From a virus: a stretch of DNA of 64,000 bases. The translations under genes were made by a program, and so were the position numbers. The stretch spans positions 165,889 through 229,888 of the IMG/VR virus record IMGVR_UViG_3300045988_154312; one strand, written 5' to 3'. Shown piece by piece: positions 17,396-26,680 of the stretch. The notes beneath the pieces were generated by a model. It had not been told where the DNA came from. It was given only the letters and a program-made list of their open reading frames with translations, and made no database searches. How positions within the stretch are numbered: position 1 is the stretch's first letter; each line of letters opens with the position of its first letter.

Positions 17396-17586
17396 ATCAT
17401 AAAAATTATTATGATATCTGTGATTCAGCTCAAAAAATTTATGATAATAATCCTGCATTTTTTCCAGGAAATAATATTAAGAATGATGCAAAAACTAAAA
17501 TGAGAGAATTCAATGTTATTGGTGACGAATTTAATGCTTTATTCTACTATGAATATATTATGTATTTAATCGGAAAAAATTTATAA
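17392..17586 (+). CDS. YY-tail family member
   Basis: ...FNALFYYEYIMYLIGKNL. Confidence 0.6.
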   Translation: MNHKNYYDICDSAQKIYDNNPAFFPGNNIKNDAKTKMREFNVIGDEFNALFYYEYIMYLIGKNL

Positions 17587-18038
17587 TGTTTAAAACTCAA
17601 AAAGAATTAGTTGAAAATTTATTTTATGTAGGATATAATCCTAAGCTTATTCTATGTAATTTGAAACAAGATCGTATTATTAGGATTGCTTCAAAAAGTG
17701 AAAGCATGTCGAGCCCTAAAAACGGCATATGTATTATTGAATTTAAACTAAAAGATCATCGTTTAATACATCATACAGGTTATAATTTAAATTATACGAG
17801 GACTCCGATCGTTAATTTTATTATCGATGTAAAAAATAAAAAAATTAAAGAAATAGAATTTAAATATCGAGCAGCAAATAATTCCGGCTATATAAAAAAT
17901 TTTTCGAGTATCGATAATATTAATTATTTGTTCGATAAAAATCTATTAATTTATCATGATTATATTGTCGGATTTCTATTTGTAAATTATGTTAAGAAAA
18001 CTGTTAAAAATCTTAGTAAAAACTACGAGGAGGAATAA
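17586..18038 (+). CDS. hypothetical protein
   Basis: 150-aa ORF. Confidence 0.6.
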   Translation: MFKTQKELVENLFYVGYNPKLILCNLKQDRIIRIASKSESMSSPKNGICIIEFKLKDHRLIHHTGYNLNYTRTPIVNFIIDVKNKKIKEIEFKYRAANNSGYIKNFSSIDNINYLFDKNLLIYHDYIVGFLFVNYVKKTVKNLSKNYEEE

Positions 18039-18040
18039 AT

Positions 18041-18103
18041 ATGTTTAAGAAATTCATGAATGAATTGCGTTGGTATATTGAAGAACTATTAAAGGAAATT
18101 TAA
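18041..18103 (+). CDS. micro-ORF (20 aa, MFKKFMNELRWYIEELLKEI)
   Basis: Strong gaggagg SD 6-7 nt upstream; exactly fills the gap between neighbouring genes. Confidence 0.35.
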   Translation: MFKKFMNELRWYIEELLKEI

Positions 18104-18104
18104 T

Positions 18105-18323
18105 ATGAAATATCGATTAATATTTAACAAATTAAAAATCGAAATAGTATGTGACTGTAATGATTTAACAAAGACAATCGATACTGTTATTATGAATCAT
18201 AATAAATATGTTAAAAACAATCACGAATTGAATTATCAAATATATGGCAATGGTCATGGTAGTAATGTCGAAATATATTATAATGGCACATTACTCGAGA
18301 TTGTTGAAGTATCAAAAGCATGA
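18105..18323 (+). CDS. hypothetical protein
   Basis: 72-aa ORF. Confidence 0.55.
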   Translation: MKYRLIFNKLKIEIVCDCNDLTKTIDTVIMNHNKYVKNNHELNYQIYGNGHGSNVEIYYNGTLLEIVEVSKA

Positions 18324-18715
18324 TTAACTGGTTTAAATTATTATATTCGATTAATCATTATAGTCCGATGGTTCGTATTAAATCATCTACTAAAGATTAT
18401 TCAACTATTTATTATTTATTAAGAATAGATGATGAACCATTATATTTTACATTTTTTAACAGTTCCGATACCATTGATTTTCAAGTCATGTTTTTTACAT
18501 ATAATATTCGTAGAAATATTCGTGAATATTCTATTACGTTAGCTGCTTTTCAGAATAATGGAAAAATGCATCAAGTATATACTATAGATAATCATTTATT
18601 GTATAATATAATTAATAAAAGTATGTGTAAGCATTTAATATATTATATGTACTTAGAAACTGATAAAGCTCGACAATTAATTGACGAAATATTAGAGGAA
18701 TATAAAGATGAATGA
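18320..18715 (+). CDS. hypothetical protein
   Basis: 131-aa ORF; ATGA coupling. Confidence 0.6.
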   Translation: MINWFKLLYSINHYSPMVRIKSSTKDYSTIYYLLRIDDEPLYFTFFNSSDTIDFQVMFFTYNIRRNIREYSITLAAFQNNGKMHQVYTIDNHLLYNIINKSMCKHLIYYMYLETDKARQLIDEILEEYKDE

Positions 18716-18896
18716 TTTTGGAAAAGTGTTATCGACATATTTTATGTATGATAACAATATCGAAAATAAAAGCCCGACTGATCTTTGTATTGATCTATAT
18801 AATATAAAACAAGAATTAGATGCGATCGAAGATGAAAGAACAGTCCGCGAATATTTAAAATTAGCAAAGCTATTAAGAAAAATAGGGCAGCTATGA
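18708..18896 (+). CDS. hypothetical protein
   Basis: 62-aa ORF. Confidence 0.5.
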   Translation: MNDFGKVLSTYFMYDNNIENKSPTDLCIDLYNIKQELDAIEDERTVREYLKLAKLLRKIGQL

Positions 18897-19282
18897 AGTG
18901 GGACAAATTTATAAAAGAATATAACGATTTAACTGAGTATTTATATAATTATTGGCTTTTTAAAGGTAAAGAAAATAAAAAATTAAATTTATTTTTATTT
19001 CAGCATCCGCTTAAAATTAATTATATTAAATATTATTATTCATATGAAATTGCTCAAAATCAAATTAATTTTCAAATTAGTGTAAAACAATCTGGAAAAT
19101 CAGTCGATTGTTTTAATCTATTTTTTAATGAAAAAAATAATATTCGATATGCATTAAGAGAAAATGATTTTTTTAATCGACAATCATTATCTAATATAAA
19201 CGTCCATAAAACTATATTTTTATGGACGTATTTTTTAATGCTTTCAAAAGTTGCTGAATATGAAATAGGAGAATGTTTATGA
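18893..19282 (+). CDS. hypothetical protein
   Basis: 129-aa ORF; ATGA coupling. Confidence 0.6.
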   Translation: MKWDKFIKEYNDLTEYLYNYWLFKGKENKKLNLFLFQHPLKINYIKYYYSYEIAQNQINFQISVKQSGKSVDCFNLFFNEKNNIRYALRENDFFNRQSLSNINVHKTIFLWTYFLMLSKVAEYEIGECL

Positions 19283-19650
19283 CTTTATTCGATAAATCAA
19301 ACGCAATTGCTTCCATTCTAGAACGTCATAAAAGTCTTAATATTTTAGATGACATTACTGATATGGAAATTTATAATCAAGACTTTAAAATTTATTTTTT
19401 AGTCGCTAAAACTATGCTAGGATTAAATAATGAATTACCAGAAGTACTATATTTTAGTATTGAAGATGGTGACGATGTAGTATACTTCGATTTATTCGTC
19501 GAAAAAGATAAAGACGAAGATTATGATCCTGTCTTTATTACGACTGAAACAGAAGATAATATTATAAACTATAACAATTCTTTAGAAGTATTATTCCCAG
19601 CTTTAATAGAATTAGCATATTATAAATTAAAGGAACGAATGTTTAATTAA
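19273..19650 (+). CDS. hypothetical acidic protein
   Basis: 125-aa ORF. Confidence 0.6.
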   Translation: MFMTLFDKSNAIASILERHKSLNILDDITDMEIYNQDFKIYFLVAKTMLGLNNELPEVLYFSIEDGDDVVYFDLFVEKDKDEDYDPVFITTETEDNIINYNNSLEVLFPALIELAYYKLKERMFN

Positions 19651-19699
19651 TAAGTTAAGCTAGGGCTGTCACTAATTTACCACCATTTACTTTACGGTT

Positions 19700-19720
19700 G
19701 GGCTCCGCCCCGAAATCTCT
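19700..19720 (+). promoter_or_regulatory. conserved hairpin-CGAAATC motif, copy B
   Basis: gggc-tcc-gccc cgaaatctct, in one of the few intergenic gaps. Confidence 0.5.
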
Positions 19721-19765
19721 TCACACGTTTTCTAATGTGGTTTAGTTAGACGAAAGGAATATATT

Positions 19766-20119
19766 ATGCAACAGGTAACATTTGAATCTAAAGAACAAGC
19801 TAAAGAGTTTTTTATTGCTTTGGGTGAAAATCTTAAAGCCAGTCAAAACAAAATTTTTGAATTTAGTGGTCAACAATGGAACTTCGATAAAACTCCAGAA
19901 GTAACACCTAATATTATTAATGCTGTATTAGTATCTGAAAACAACGTACTATATGTAACAGCTAATTTAAGTAATGATACAGTATATTCCGATATTGATT
20001 TAGAAGATAATATCTCTGGATTTAGTTATAATCAATTACAAAAATCTGTATTATTGTCTAATTTAGTATATATTATATTAGAAGATTATACTCAATTTAT
20101 GTTCTGTAAAAATGAATAA
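19766..20119 (+). CDS. hypothetical protein
   Basis: 117-aa ORF; gaaagga SD. Confidence 0.6.
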   Translation: MQQVTFESKEQAKEFFIALGENLKASQNKIFEFSGQQWNFDKTPEVTPNIINAVLVSENNVLYVTANLSNDTVYSDIDLEDNISGFSYNQLQKSVLLSNLVYIILEDYTQFMFCKNE

Positions 20120-20495
20120 TAAAACCAGTTCTAGATTACTTAGTGCAATGTTTTTTAACGTGAGCTTTTTCCAATCGAGAATACCAGCATTAATAATAGG
20201 TGACCGACGTTTTAAAATCGATTTTGATGTTGACGATGGATCTAATATTATTGTACGAACATACGATGATTTTTTTAACGAACAAGTTATATTTTTTAGT
20301 ACGAGGTTAATGGCTGTCGAATCGATGACTCAGCTCTCGACAAAAGAAGAAGATGCATTATTTTCTGGTTTAATACATCGTACGGTTATCCCGAAAAAAT
20401 TATATTCAGAATTCGATACGTACAGAATATTAAAACAATTTAATTTATACGTGCAGTATATAATATTTTCATTTAACTATATGCACTGGAGGTGA
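20112..20495 (+). CDS. hypothetical protein
   Basis: 127-aa ORF. Confidence 0.55.
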   Translation: MNNKTSSRLLSAMFFNVSFFQSRIPALIIGDRRFKIDFDVDDGSNIIVRTYDDFFNEQVIFFSTRLMAVESMTQLSTKEEDALFSGLIHRTVIPKKLYSEFDTYRILKQFNLYVQYIIFSFNYMHWR

Positions 20496-20499
20496 TAGT

Positions 20500-20784
20500 A
20501 TGATTCAATTAGGTTTTGGATCTGATAAAGAAACAAAAGATGTATATAATAATTTAAAAAAATTAATTGAAAAAAATATGTTCCCAGAATATGCTATTAC
20601 AAATTTCGAAGAAAATAAGGCATGTGATTCTTTTTCATTTACGATTGAATACGACGAAGAATGTATATATTCATATACTATATGGTACGAAGCCGGTATC
20701 TTATATATCGAACCAGAAAAAGAAGATTACGGCACGGAAGATATTGCATTTATTTTATATCCGATTGCCGAAATGTTATTGTAG
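20500..20784 (+). CDS. hypothetical protein
   Basis: 94-aa ORF; ggaggtg SD. Confidence 0.6.
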   Translation: MIQLGFGSDKETKDVYNNLKKLIEKNMFPEYAITNFEENKACDSFSFTIEYDEECIYSYTIWYEAGILYIEPEKEDYGTEDIAFILYPIAEMLL

Positions 20785-20798
20785 AAAGGTCGACGTAT

Positions 20799-20891
20799 AT
20801 GTTAGCATTATTATTAGCCATATTTTTAATGGTATATTTAGCATTAGCTATTGGAGGAACATTAGCTGGCTGGGACGAGAAAGAAAAATAA
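20799..20891 (+). CDS. 30-aa hydrophobic peptide (MLALLLAIFLMVYLALAIGGTLAGWDEKEK)
   Basis: Internal ATG of alternative-frame ORF 20661..20891; begins just after the stop of 20500..20784. Confidence 0.4.
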   Translation: MLALLLAIFLMVYLALAIGGTLAGWDEKEK

Positions 20892-20892
20892 T

Positions 20893-21126
20893 ATGGATCA
20901 GTTCTATATAGATTTTGCATCATTAATAATATTCATAATAATATTTTTAATGTTTATATTAATTATATATCTTTTACATACTACATATAGAATATATAAA
21001 ACAAAAAAAGTATTAGATTCATTTGACTATACACTTAAGATGTATTATCGAATGTTTTTTAAATTTTGGACAATATCAATATTATTTTTCGTATGTGGCA
21101 TAATCATTAAGAGTATATTAGAATAA
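20893..21126 (+). CDS. small membrane protein
   Basis: 77 aa with two hydrophobic segments. Confidence 0.6.
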   Translation: MDQFYIDFASLIIFIIIFLMFILIIYLLHTTYRIYKTKKVLDSFDYTLKMYYRMFFKFWTISILFFVCGIIIKSILE

Positions 21127-21437
21127 TGTATTTAAAAGATCTAATAAATTGTGTAAACAATTGTAAGATAAATGATGAAAAAAATATATATCTATTAAAG
21201 AATGAAAGATTTCAAATATTTATGCTTATTTCTATTGTAGATAGTAGTTTACGATTTTCAATATATGATCTTCATTCGTCAAACACAACTGTTTTAGAAC
21301 TAGAAGCACAAAATAAACATAGTTTGCATGAATGGCATGGATATACTGTATGGTTAGAAGATTTTAAAAAGAAACTACCTAATATGTGTACATACTTAGC
21401 ATATTTGTATGTTTTTAATATAAACAAAAATGAATAG
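21126..21437 (+). CDS. hypothetical protein
   Basis: 103-aa ORF. Confidence 0.55.
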   Translation: MYLKDLINCVNNCKINDEKNIYLLKNERFQIFMLISIVDSSLRFSIYDLHSSNTTVLELEAQNKHSLHEWHGYTVWLEDFKKKLPNMCTYLAYLYVFNINKNE

Positions 21438-22074
21438 AATAAAAATAGAAGATAAAATATTTTTTAAGCGGTTCGAAGTATTTCGAAGTAGTAATCGTAA
21501 TCGTATTACGATGAGGCGACGAAAATATAAAATTCATCAATATTATACGACCGAAGGATCTCGATACGAAGTATTAGATCGAAACGAAGTTTGTATCGGA
21601 GTTTTTAAAATCGACGAAGTCGAACAGTTTATGTATTCTGTCGATTTAAGCGAAGAAGATTTGCTATTAATTATTAAAGGTATAGAAAATGTTATTTATT
21701 CATATCGTATTCCGTTAAAGTACGATGGCTATTCGTCTTTAGCATATATTGAAGAAGCTGTTAATCAGTTACAATTTAATAATGTTATTGTTATCGGAGA
21801 TCATAAAGTAGCATTTGAATTAAATCGAGTTAACGACACTATCGGAGAAATTAGAATCGAAGCTAGAACTACTAATATCGATATGTATAATATGCAGATG
21901 ATATTACAGTATCAGTTCTACGATAATTGCATGCATATATTTTGGTATAAAACATTAGTAAAAAGCAAAGAAAAAACATATAAGATATACTATAAATTCT
22001 TAATAGCTTTATGTAGCTTAATACAATATCAATACATTAATTGTATATTAAGCGTAGAAAGAATTCCGTTTTGA
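21430..22074 (+). CDS. hypothetical protein
   Basis: 214-aa ORF. Confidence 0.6.
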   Translation: MNRIKIEDKIFFKRFEVFRSSNRNRITMRRRKYKIHQYYTTEGSRYEVLDRNEVCIGVFKIDEVEQFMYSVDLSEEDLLLIIKGIENVIYSYRIPLKYDGYSSLAYIEEAVNQLQFNNVIVIGDHKVAFELNRVNDTIGEIRIEARTTNIDMYNMQMILQYQFYDNCMHIFWYKTLVKSKEKTYKIYYKFLIALCSLIQYQYINCILSVERIPF

Positions 22075-22081
22075 GGTAAAT

Positions 22082-22381
22082 ATGGATACATATATTAGAA
22101 TTACAGACTGGGCAATATGCCAGCATTTTGAAATGTTAATTAATACTCATCGAACAACTGGTAAGTTTACTATCGAAGACTTAGACAATGTATCGTGTGA
22201 AATTGCATATGACAATGCATATCATCGATTACATATATTAATCGACGAAGATAATTATTTTATTAGCGCAATATATGATGCTAATGTAAAAACATTATAT
22301 TGGAATGTTGAAAATAATATTTCGTTTGACGATTTTGAAAAAGTATTACAGGGAGCTCAATATGTTAACCCTGTCGCTTGA
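22082..22381 (+). CDS. hypothetical protein
   Basis: 99-aa ORF. Confidence 0.6.
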   Translation: MDTYIRITDWAICQHFEMLINTHRTTGKFTIEDLDNVSCEIAYDNAYHRLHILIDEDNYFISAIYDANVKTLYWNVENNISFDDFEKVLQGAQYVNPVA

Positions 22382-22583
22382 AACACTTGAATATATAAAA
22401 ATATTTTTAGATATAATTTTAGGAGCGTTGTTAGGCGCAGGTATACATTTTTTACTTACAAAATATGTCGATAAAATATATAACGTATATAATGAAGACG
22501 GCGATATTAAATTATTGTTAACAGTATTGCCATCGACTATTATCGTATTAATGCTATGGAGTATTATTGTATGGATGAGATGA
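22362..22583 (+). CDS. small membrane protein
   Basis: ATG at 22362 after agggagc, within ORF 22305..22583; two hydrophobic helices. Confidence 0.5.
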   Translation: MLTLSLETLEYIKIFLDIILGALLGAGIHFLLTKYVDKIYNVYNEDGDIKLLLTVLPSTIIVLMLWSIIVWMR

Positions 22584-22858
22584 AATTACAATTAGAAGTA
22601 TTATATAAAATCTTAACATTAGATTTTCATAAATTCTATCGTCGGCAAAAAGGATCGTATGACCTAACTATTAAAAAAATAAGTGATGCTGCTCTCGTTA
22701 CGGTTGACTGGAACGAAAACAAAGATTTCGTTAAATTCCAGATTTACTGGAATTCAGAAGAAAGACACGTAAACTTTAGTTTTAATTTCGATACGAATAA
22801 AACAGATGCATTACTTATCGTAAAAGATTTGTTGCGAGGCAATGAAGATAATGATTGA
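22556..22858 (+). CDS. hypothetical protein
   Basis: 100-aa ORF; start uncertain. Confidence 0.55.
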   Translation: MEYYCMDEMKLQLEVLYKILTLDFHKFYRRQKGSYDLTIKKISDAALVTVDWNENKDFVKFQIYWNSEERHVNFSFNFDTNKTDALLIVKDLLRGNEDND

Positions 22859-22875
22859 TATAAGGAGGTATTTTT

Positions 22876-23160
22876 ATGGGAATGATTAACGAAATTACTA
22901 ATAAATTAATTGGCGTTAAAGGCCGTATTGCATTTGAACACAAAGGATATATTGTTTATATCGATAATTCTCGTAAGAAAGAAGTCGATAGCGGCGATAT
23001 TCAGATCTTTAAAGATCGCGAACAAGTATACGATTATTCTATCGCATATCCTTGTAAAGAATGTAAATCTAAAGGTATTTACAACAATAAAAAAGATAAA
23101 TTTATTAATAATATCGATCTAGAAAAACTGTACGAGATTATTATGACAACGGATTTATAA
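22876..23160 (+). CDS. hypothetical protein
   Basis: 94 aa; aaggagg SD. Confidence 0.6.
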   Translation: MGMINEITNKLIGVKGRIAFEHKGYIVYIDNSRKKEVDSGDIQIFKDREQVYDYSIAYPCKECKSKGIYNNKKDKFINNIDLEKLYEIIMTTDL

Positions 23161-23161
23161 C

Positions 23162-23809
23162 ATGATTTTTCTAAAAGATAAATATCGAATTGTTCTAGAT
23201 AAAAGAAACGTAACATCAATTATCGTTACGGCATTAACTGTGCTATTTTTTGTGTTTTGTGATCTTAATTATGCTACCGATAATGAAAAACTGGTATTAT
23301 ATCAAACGCCGATATTAATTATCGTCGTAAGTATTATTACAATCGATATGTTACCTAGTAAAGTTAATCCATTTCATGCTGATAGTTTAATATTAAGTAG
23401 AATTGATGAAAAACAAGCTGATAAAGTATTCGAAATATTTAAAAATACTTTCGATTTTATAATACATGAAATATTCTATTCTCCACATGAAATGCATTTA
23501 GAAATTGAGAATATTTCGATCGGTCAATTAAAAGATATAACATTATCAATTAATGCTAGATACGTAATGGATACAGGCATTAGAACTATACTTATTGATA
23601 TAGCGATATATAAATTAGATAAAAATAATTCTTTAGTGTCTTTTTTTATACCATTGTCATCTAATGTTCCTAAATCTATTAATGAAATGCGAATTTCTAA
23701 AAATTTAGCACAATGGACAGATATTATTATATTTACTAAAACAATAGAATATTATTTATTAAATCATCAATATAACGGAGCTATTAAAAATGAAAAAAGA
23801 AGAATTTAG
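23162..23809 (+). CDS. hypothetical protein with N-terminal transmembrane segments
   Basis: 215-aa ORF. Confidence 0.6.
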   Translation: MIFLKDKYRIVLDKRNVTSIIVTALTVLFFVFCDLNYATDNEKLVLYQTPILIIVVSIITIDMLPSKVNPFHADSLILSRIDEKQADKVFEIFKNTFDFIIHEIFYSPHEMHLEIENISIGQLKDITLSINARYVMDTGIRTILIDIAIYKLDKNNSLVSFFIPLSSNVPKSINEMRISKNLAQWTDIIIFTKTIEYYLLNHQYNGAIKNEKRRI

Positions 23810-24194
23810 ACAATTATGTTGGCTATTTCGACTATTTTTAATAGCTATCGATATTGAAAATTATCAATCAAAAGATTTTAAAATCGGCGAATTTAAATAT
23901 GCTCTTAGATTAACAGCTGTCGAACATATTCTTCATATCGAGTTGTTAAAGAAAAATAATCCGATCGTTGCTTCGTTATCAGGTGTTGATTATTTTCCGC
24001 AGGAATCGTTAAGTTTTAATTTTAGAACGAACGATATATTAAACGATTATTTCGAATTATTCTTTGACGGTAGTAAAGTAATTGAAGAAAATCTTAATAT
24101 ACTGTATAATATATCATATAATATATGTAATCCTGTAGAAATAATGAAAGGACTAGTTAATAACAATGGTCGGAAGAATAAAATTTACTGGTAA
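23790..24194 (+). CDS. hypothetical protein
   Basis: 134-aa ORF. Confidence 0.55.
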   Translation: MKKEEFRQLCWLFRLFLIAIDIENYQSKDFKIGEFKYALRLTAVEHILHIELLKKNNPIVASLSGVDYFPQESLSFNFRTNDILNDYFELFFDGSKVIEENLNILYNISYNICNPVEIMKGLVNNNGRKNKIYW

Positions 24195-24480
24195 GCTAAG
24201 TGCTATTAATAGAATTAATAATGAATTATTGAATAAAGATATGTTCGCAGGCAATTGTATCGTTAAAGAAAAAATTCGTTGCGATAATATTTTAATGCTA
24301 ACAATCGAAACTGATTACGATATTAATTCTGCATATTTAGTTTCATTAAGCGATACATATCATGTGAATATCGAATATAGTATTAGCAATCATGTCGATC
24401 ATATAAAACATAGTGGTATTATTGTATTCGAACATAATAAAGCTGAAATCGTAGAAGAAAAGAAATTTACATATGAATAA
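24166..24480 (+). CDS. hypothetical protein
   Basis: 104-aa ORF. Confidence 0.55.
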   Translation: MVGRIKFTGKLSAINRINNELLNKDMFAGNCIVKEKIRCDNILMLTIETDYDINSAYLVSLSDTYHVNIEYSISNHVDHIKHSGIIVFEHNKAEIVEEKKFTYE

Positions 24481-24931
24481 AAAATTAAATCGAAAAGTAT
24501 TTTTCTCGATCAAACATAATATGTTAATGAATTCATTTTGTCGAGACTATAAGTTTAAAAACTTTGAAATTTCGGCTTATAAGACAAACATAAGATTGTT
24601 TAATAAAGAAACCAAATTGTTAAAAATTGCTAATAGTTGTAAAACGTTAGAAACGTTAGTTAATACATACGAAGAATTAAGACAAGTCGGTATGATTATA
24701 TGGCTATTAGGCTTTTACGCATTTCAATTAGATAAAGATTTAGATGTTAAAAAACATTTTAAACTATTCGAAGAAATCGAAAAAGTAACATTAACACAAC
24801 CATTAAACTTAAGTCCAGACGATATTCAGATCCGTCAGTTAAGAGAGTCGTTAGAACAAGCAGCCAATAGAATTAATGCACAAATAAATTTTTGGTCGAA
24901 TATACTTCCCGAAAGGAATGGTGGTCGATGA
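24473..24931 (+). CDS. hypothetical protein
   Basis: 152-aa ORF. Confidence 0.6.
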   Translation: MNKKLNRKVFFSIKHNMLMNSFCRDYKFKNFEISAYKTNIRLFNKETKLLKIANSCKTLETLVNTYEELRQVGMIIWLLGFYAFQLDKDLDVKKHFKLFEEIEKVTLTQPLNLSPDDIQIRQLRESLEQAANRINAQINFWSNILPERNGGR

Positions 24932-25605
24932 ACGGAAGTTTACGTAATTTATTTAAACGTCATCGTCAAAACTTTAATCCAGAAAGTTTATTACGCGATC
25001 TAAAAAAAGATCAGAATAAAAAAAATCTGGTCGATAAAATTAAAGAAATGGAGGAAACTAGGAAAGCAGAAGTGTTAGAACCTGAACGAAACAACTATCC
25101 TCAGTGTAAGGTCGATTTGGTCGCACAAGTACAAAAAGAAATCGAAGAAGAAAATACTCCGAATGAACCGGCGGACGATATTCAAGAAATTTCAGTACAT
25201 GCTGATTGTCCGACCGTATCGTTAGATAATTGGACGACAGAAGAACTTGTGCGATCGATTCAAAAAGGTAAAGAAGCCGCTAAACATATCTTACAAAATT
25301 ATGAGTTCTGGAATAGTATGGTCAAAGAATGCGATCAGGCATTAGGCGATTTGCGTCATTTCGCAGAATTCTACGACGATGCGACACAAGAAGAAATTAA
25401 TAAAGTATATACCTTAATGACAGAGTACAGTCGTAAACGTCGTGTATATAAAGACCGTGTCGAAATCTTTAAAGACATGTTTGCTGGCAAAACTAGATTT
25501 GAAAATATCTATGCACCAGTTAATCAAATGTCTAATAAATTTAATAAGATGAATATTGAGCGTCAGTATTCTCCACGGATACTTAAGGACTTGTTCGAGC
25601 GTTAG
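24928..25605 (+). CDS. hypothetical protein
   Basis: ATG at 24928 (ATGA coupling) within ORF 24892..25605. Confidence 0.6.
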   Translation: MNGSLRNLFKRHRQNFNPESLLRDLKKDQNKKNLVDKIKEMEETRKAEVLEPERNNYPQCKVDLVAQVQKEIEEENTPNEPADDIQEISVHADCPTVSLDNWTTEELVRSIQKGKEAAKHILQNYEFWNSMVKECDQALGDLRHFAEFYDDATQEEINKVYTLMTEYSRKRRVYKDRVEIFKDMFAGKTRFENIYAPVNQMSNKFNKMNIERQYSPRILKDLFER

Positions 25606-25627
25606 TCACGTTCTACATTATCCTTCT

Positions 25628-25648
25628 GGGGCTCCGCCCCGAAATCAC
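25628..25648 (+). promoter_or_regulatory. conserved hairpin-CGAAATC motif, copy C
   Basis: ggggc-tcc-gcccc gaaatcac. Confidence 0.5.
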
Positions 25649-25663
25649 TTTTGTGTTCTTTAC

Positions 25664-25695
25664 AAGAAGCTAGGTTTAACTAGCTTCTTTTTTTG
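25664..25695 (+). terminator. rho-independent terminator
   Basis: aagaagctag-gtttaa-ctagcttctt plus a T-run. Confidence 0.75.
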
Positions 25696-25700
25696 TATAT

Positions 25701-26054
25701 ATGGATAGTTACGATAGAATAATAAAACGATTAATATCGGCAAAAATCCCTAAGAGATTCCGAGATATCCGTGAATATCTTATTGACGATAAAGATTTTA
25801 AATATAAACATACGTCGATCACATTATTCGATCGGGATTGGAGAATTTCAGGATACGTGCCGAATACTTTTGTCGTAACTGATTTTTCAGCAAATCATAC
25901 GATGAATCATTATATCGATTATAATACAAAACGATATTTAATTCATAAGCATTGTAAAGTATTTGATAGCCGAAAAGAAGTTACGAATGAGGAAGCATAT
26001 AAAGCTAAAATTCTATTATTGTGGTTAGTATATTTTTATTATACGGGGTATTAA
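25701..26054 (+). CDS. hypothetical protein
   Basis: 117-aa ORF. Confidence 0.6.
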   Translation: MDSYDRIIKRLISAKIPKRFRDIREYLIDDKDFKYKHTSITLFDRDWRISGYVPNTFVVTDFSANHTMNHYIDYNTKRYLIHKHCKVFDSRKEVTNEEAYKAKILLLWLVYFYYTGY

Positions 26055-26056
26055 AA

Positions 26057-26422
26057 ATGAAATACTATCTTGAAGTCGAGAGTGATATTCATCACCCAAC
26101 AGCAAAAGAAATTGCCGAAATTATCGGCATATATAATATAAGTAATCAGCCTCACGCTATGTTCGTACGAGCATATCTAGGACGTAGTACATTACAGTAT
26201 TTAGGACGTAACGGTATGGTTCAAGTATTTAATAATTACTCAGCTATATTAGCATTAGCTAACGACATGTATGAATATTGTAAGCGTGAAGGTATTAACG
26301 AAGTGTATTATAGTTTAGATGACGGACGCGGATATAATTTAAAATTATTTAAGGGCCGTATTCGTACAGCTATTAATAGATTGGAAAATATGTGTAAGGG
26401 AATGATAGAAAATGAAAAATAA
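26057..26422 (+). CDS. hypothetical protein
   Basis: ATG at 26057 (MKYYLEVESD...) within ORF 26021..26422. Confidence 0.6.
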   Translation: MKYYLEVESDIHHPTAKEIAEIIGIYNISNQPHAMFVRAYLGRSTLQYLGRNGMVQVFNNYSAILALANDMYEYCKREGINEVYYSLDDGRGYNLKLFKGRIRTAINRLENMCKGMIENEK

Positions 26423-26678
26423 TAACCAAGCAGAAATCTGCCGCAAAATTGGAATCATTATCGGCAGTTTATTGAATATTTGTGTAACGTTAATATTAGC
26501 ATTAGTTAAAGCTGTATCTTCTGAAGCTAAAAATGTATCGAAAGGATTCGACGAGGCTGAAGAAGTAACATCTGAAGATATTAAATCTGTCGAAATTAAA
26601 AATGAAGTCAACGATATCGATGCCGAAATCGAACGTTTAATGGCATTGAAACAAGCTAAAGAATCTAATAACAATTAA
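26412..26678 (+). CDS. small membrane-anchored protein
   Basis: 88 aa; one hydrophobic helix then an acidic tail. Confidence 0.55.
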   Translation: MKNNNQAEICRKIGIIIGSLLNICVTLILALVKAVSSEAKNVSKGFDEAEEVTSEDIKSVEIKNEVNDIDAEIERLMALKQAKESNNN

Positions 26679-26680
26679 TT

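Noticed and set aside
20567-20911. Overlapping alternative-frame ORFs (20567..20911, 22910..23122, 27956..28138, 41140..41340, 56906..57094, 59896..60105, 62467..62664)
   Set aside because: They are embedded out of frame in stronger genes (some with clear motifs, such as SSB, HU and Pnkp). They give low-complexity K/I/L-rich translations and have no SD.
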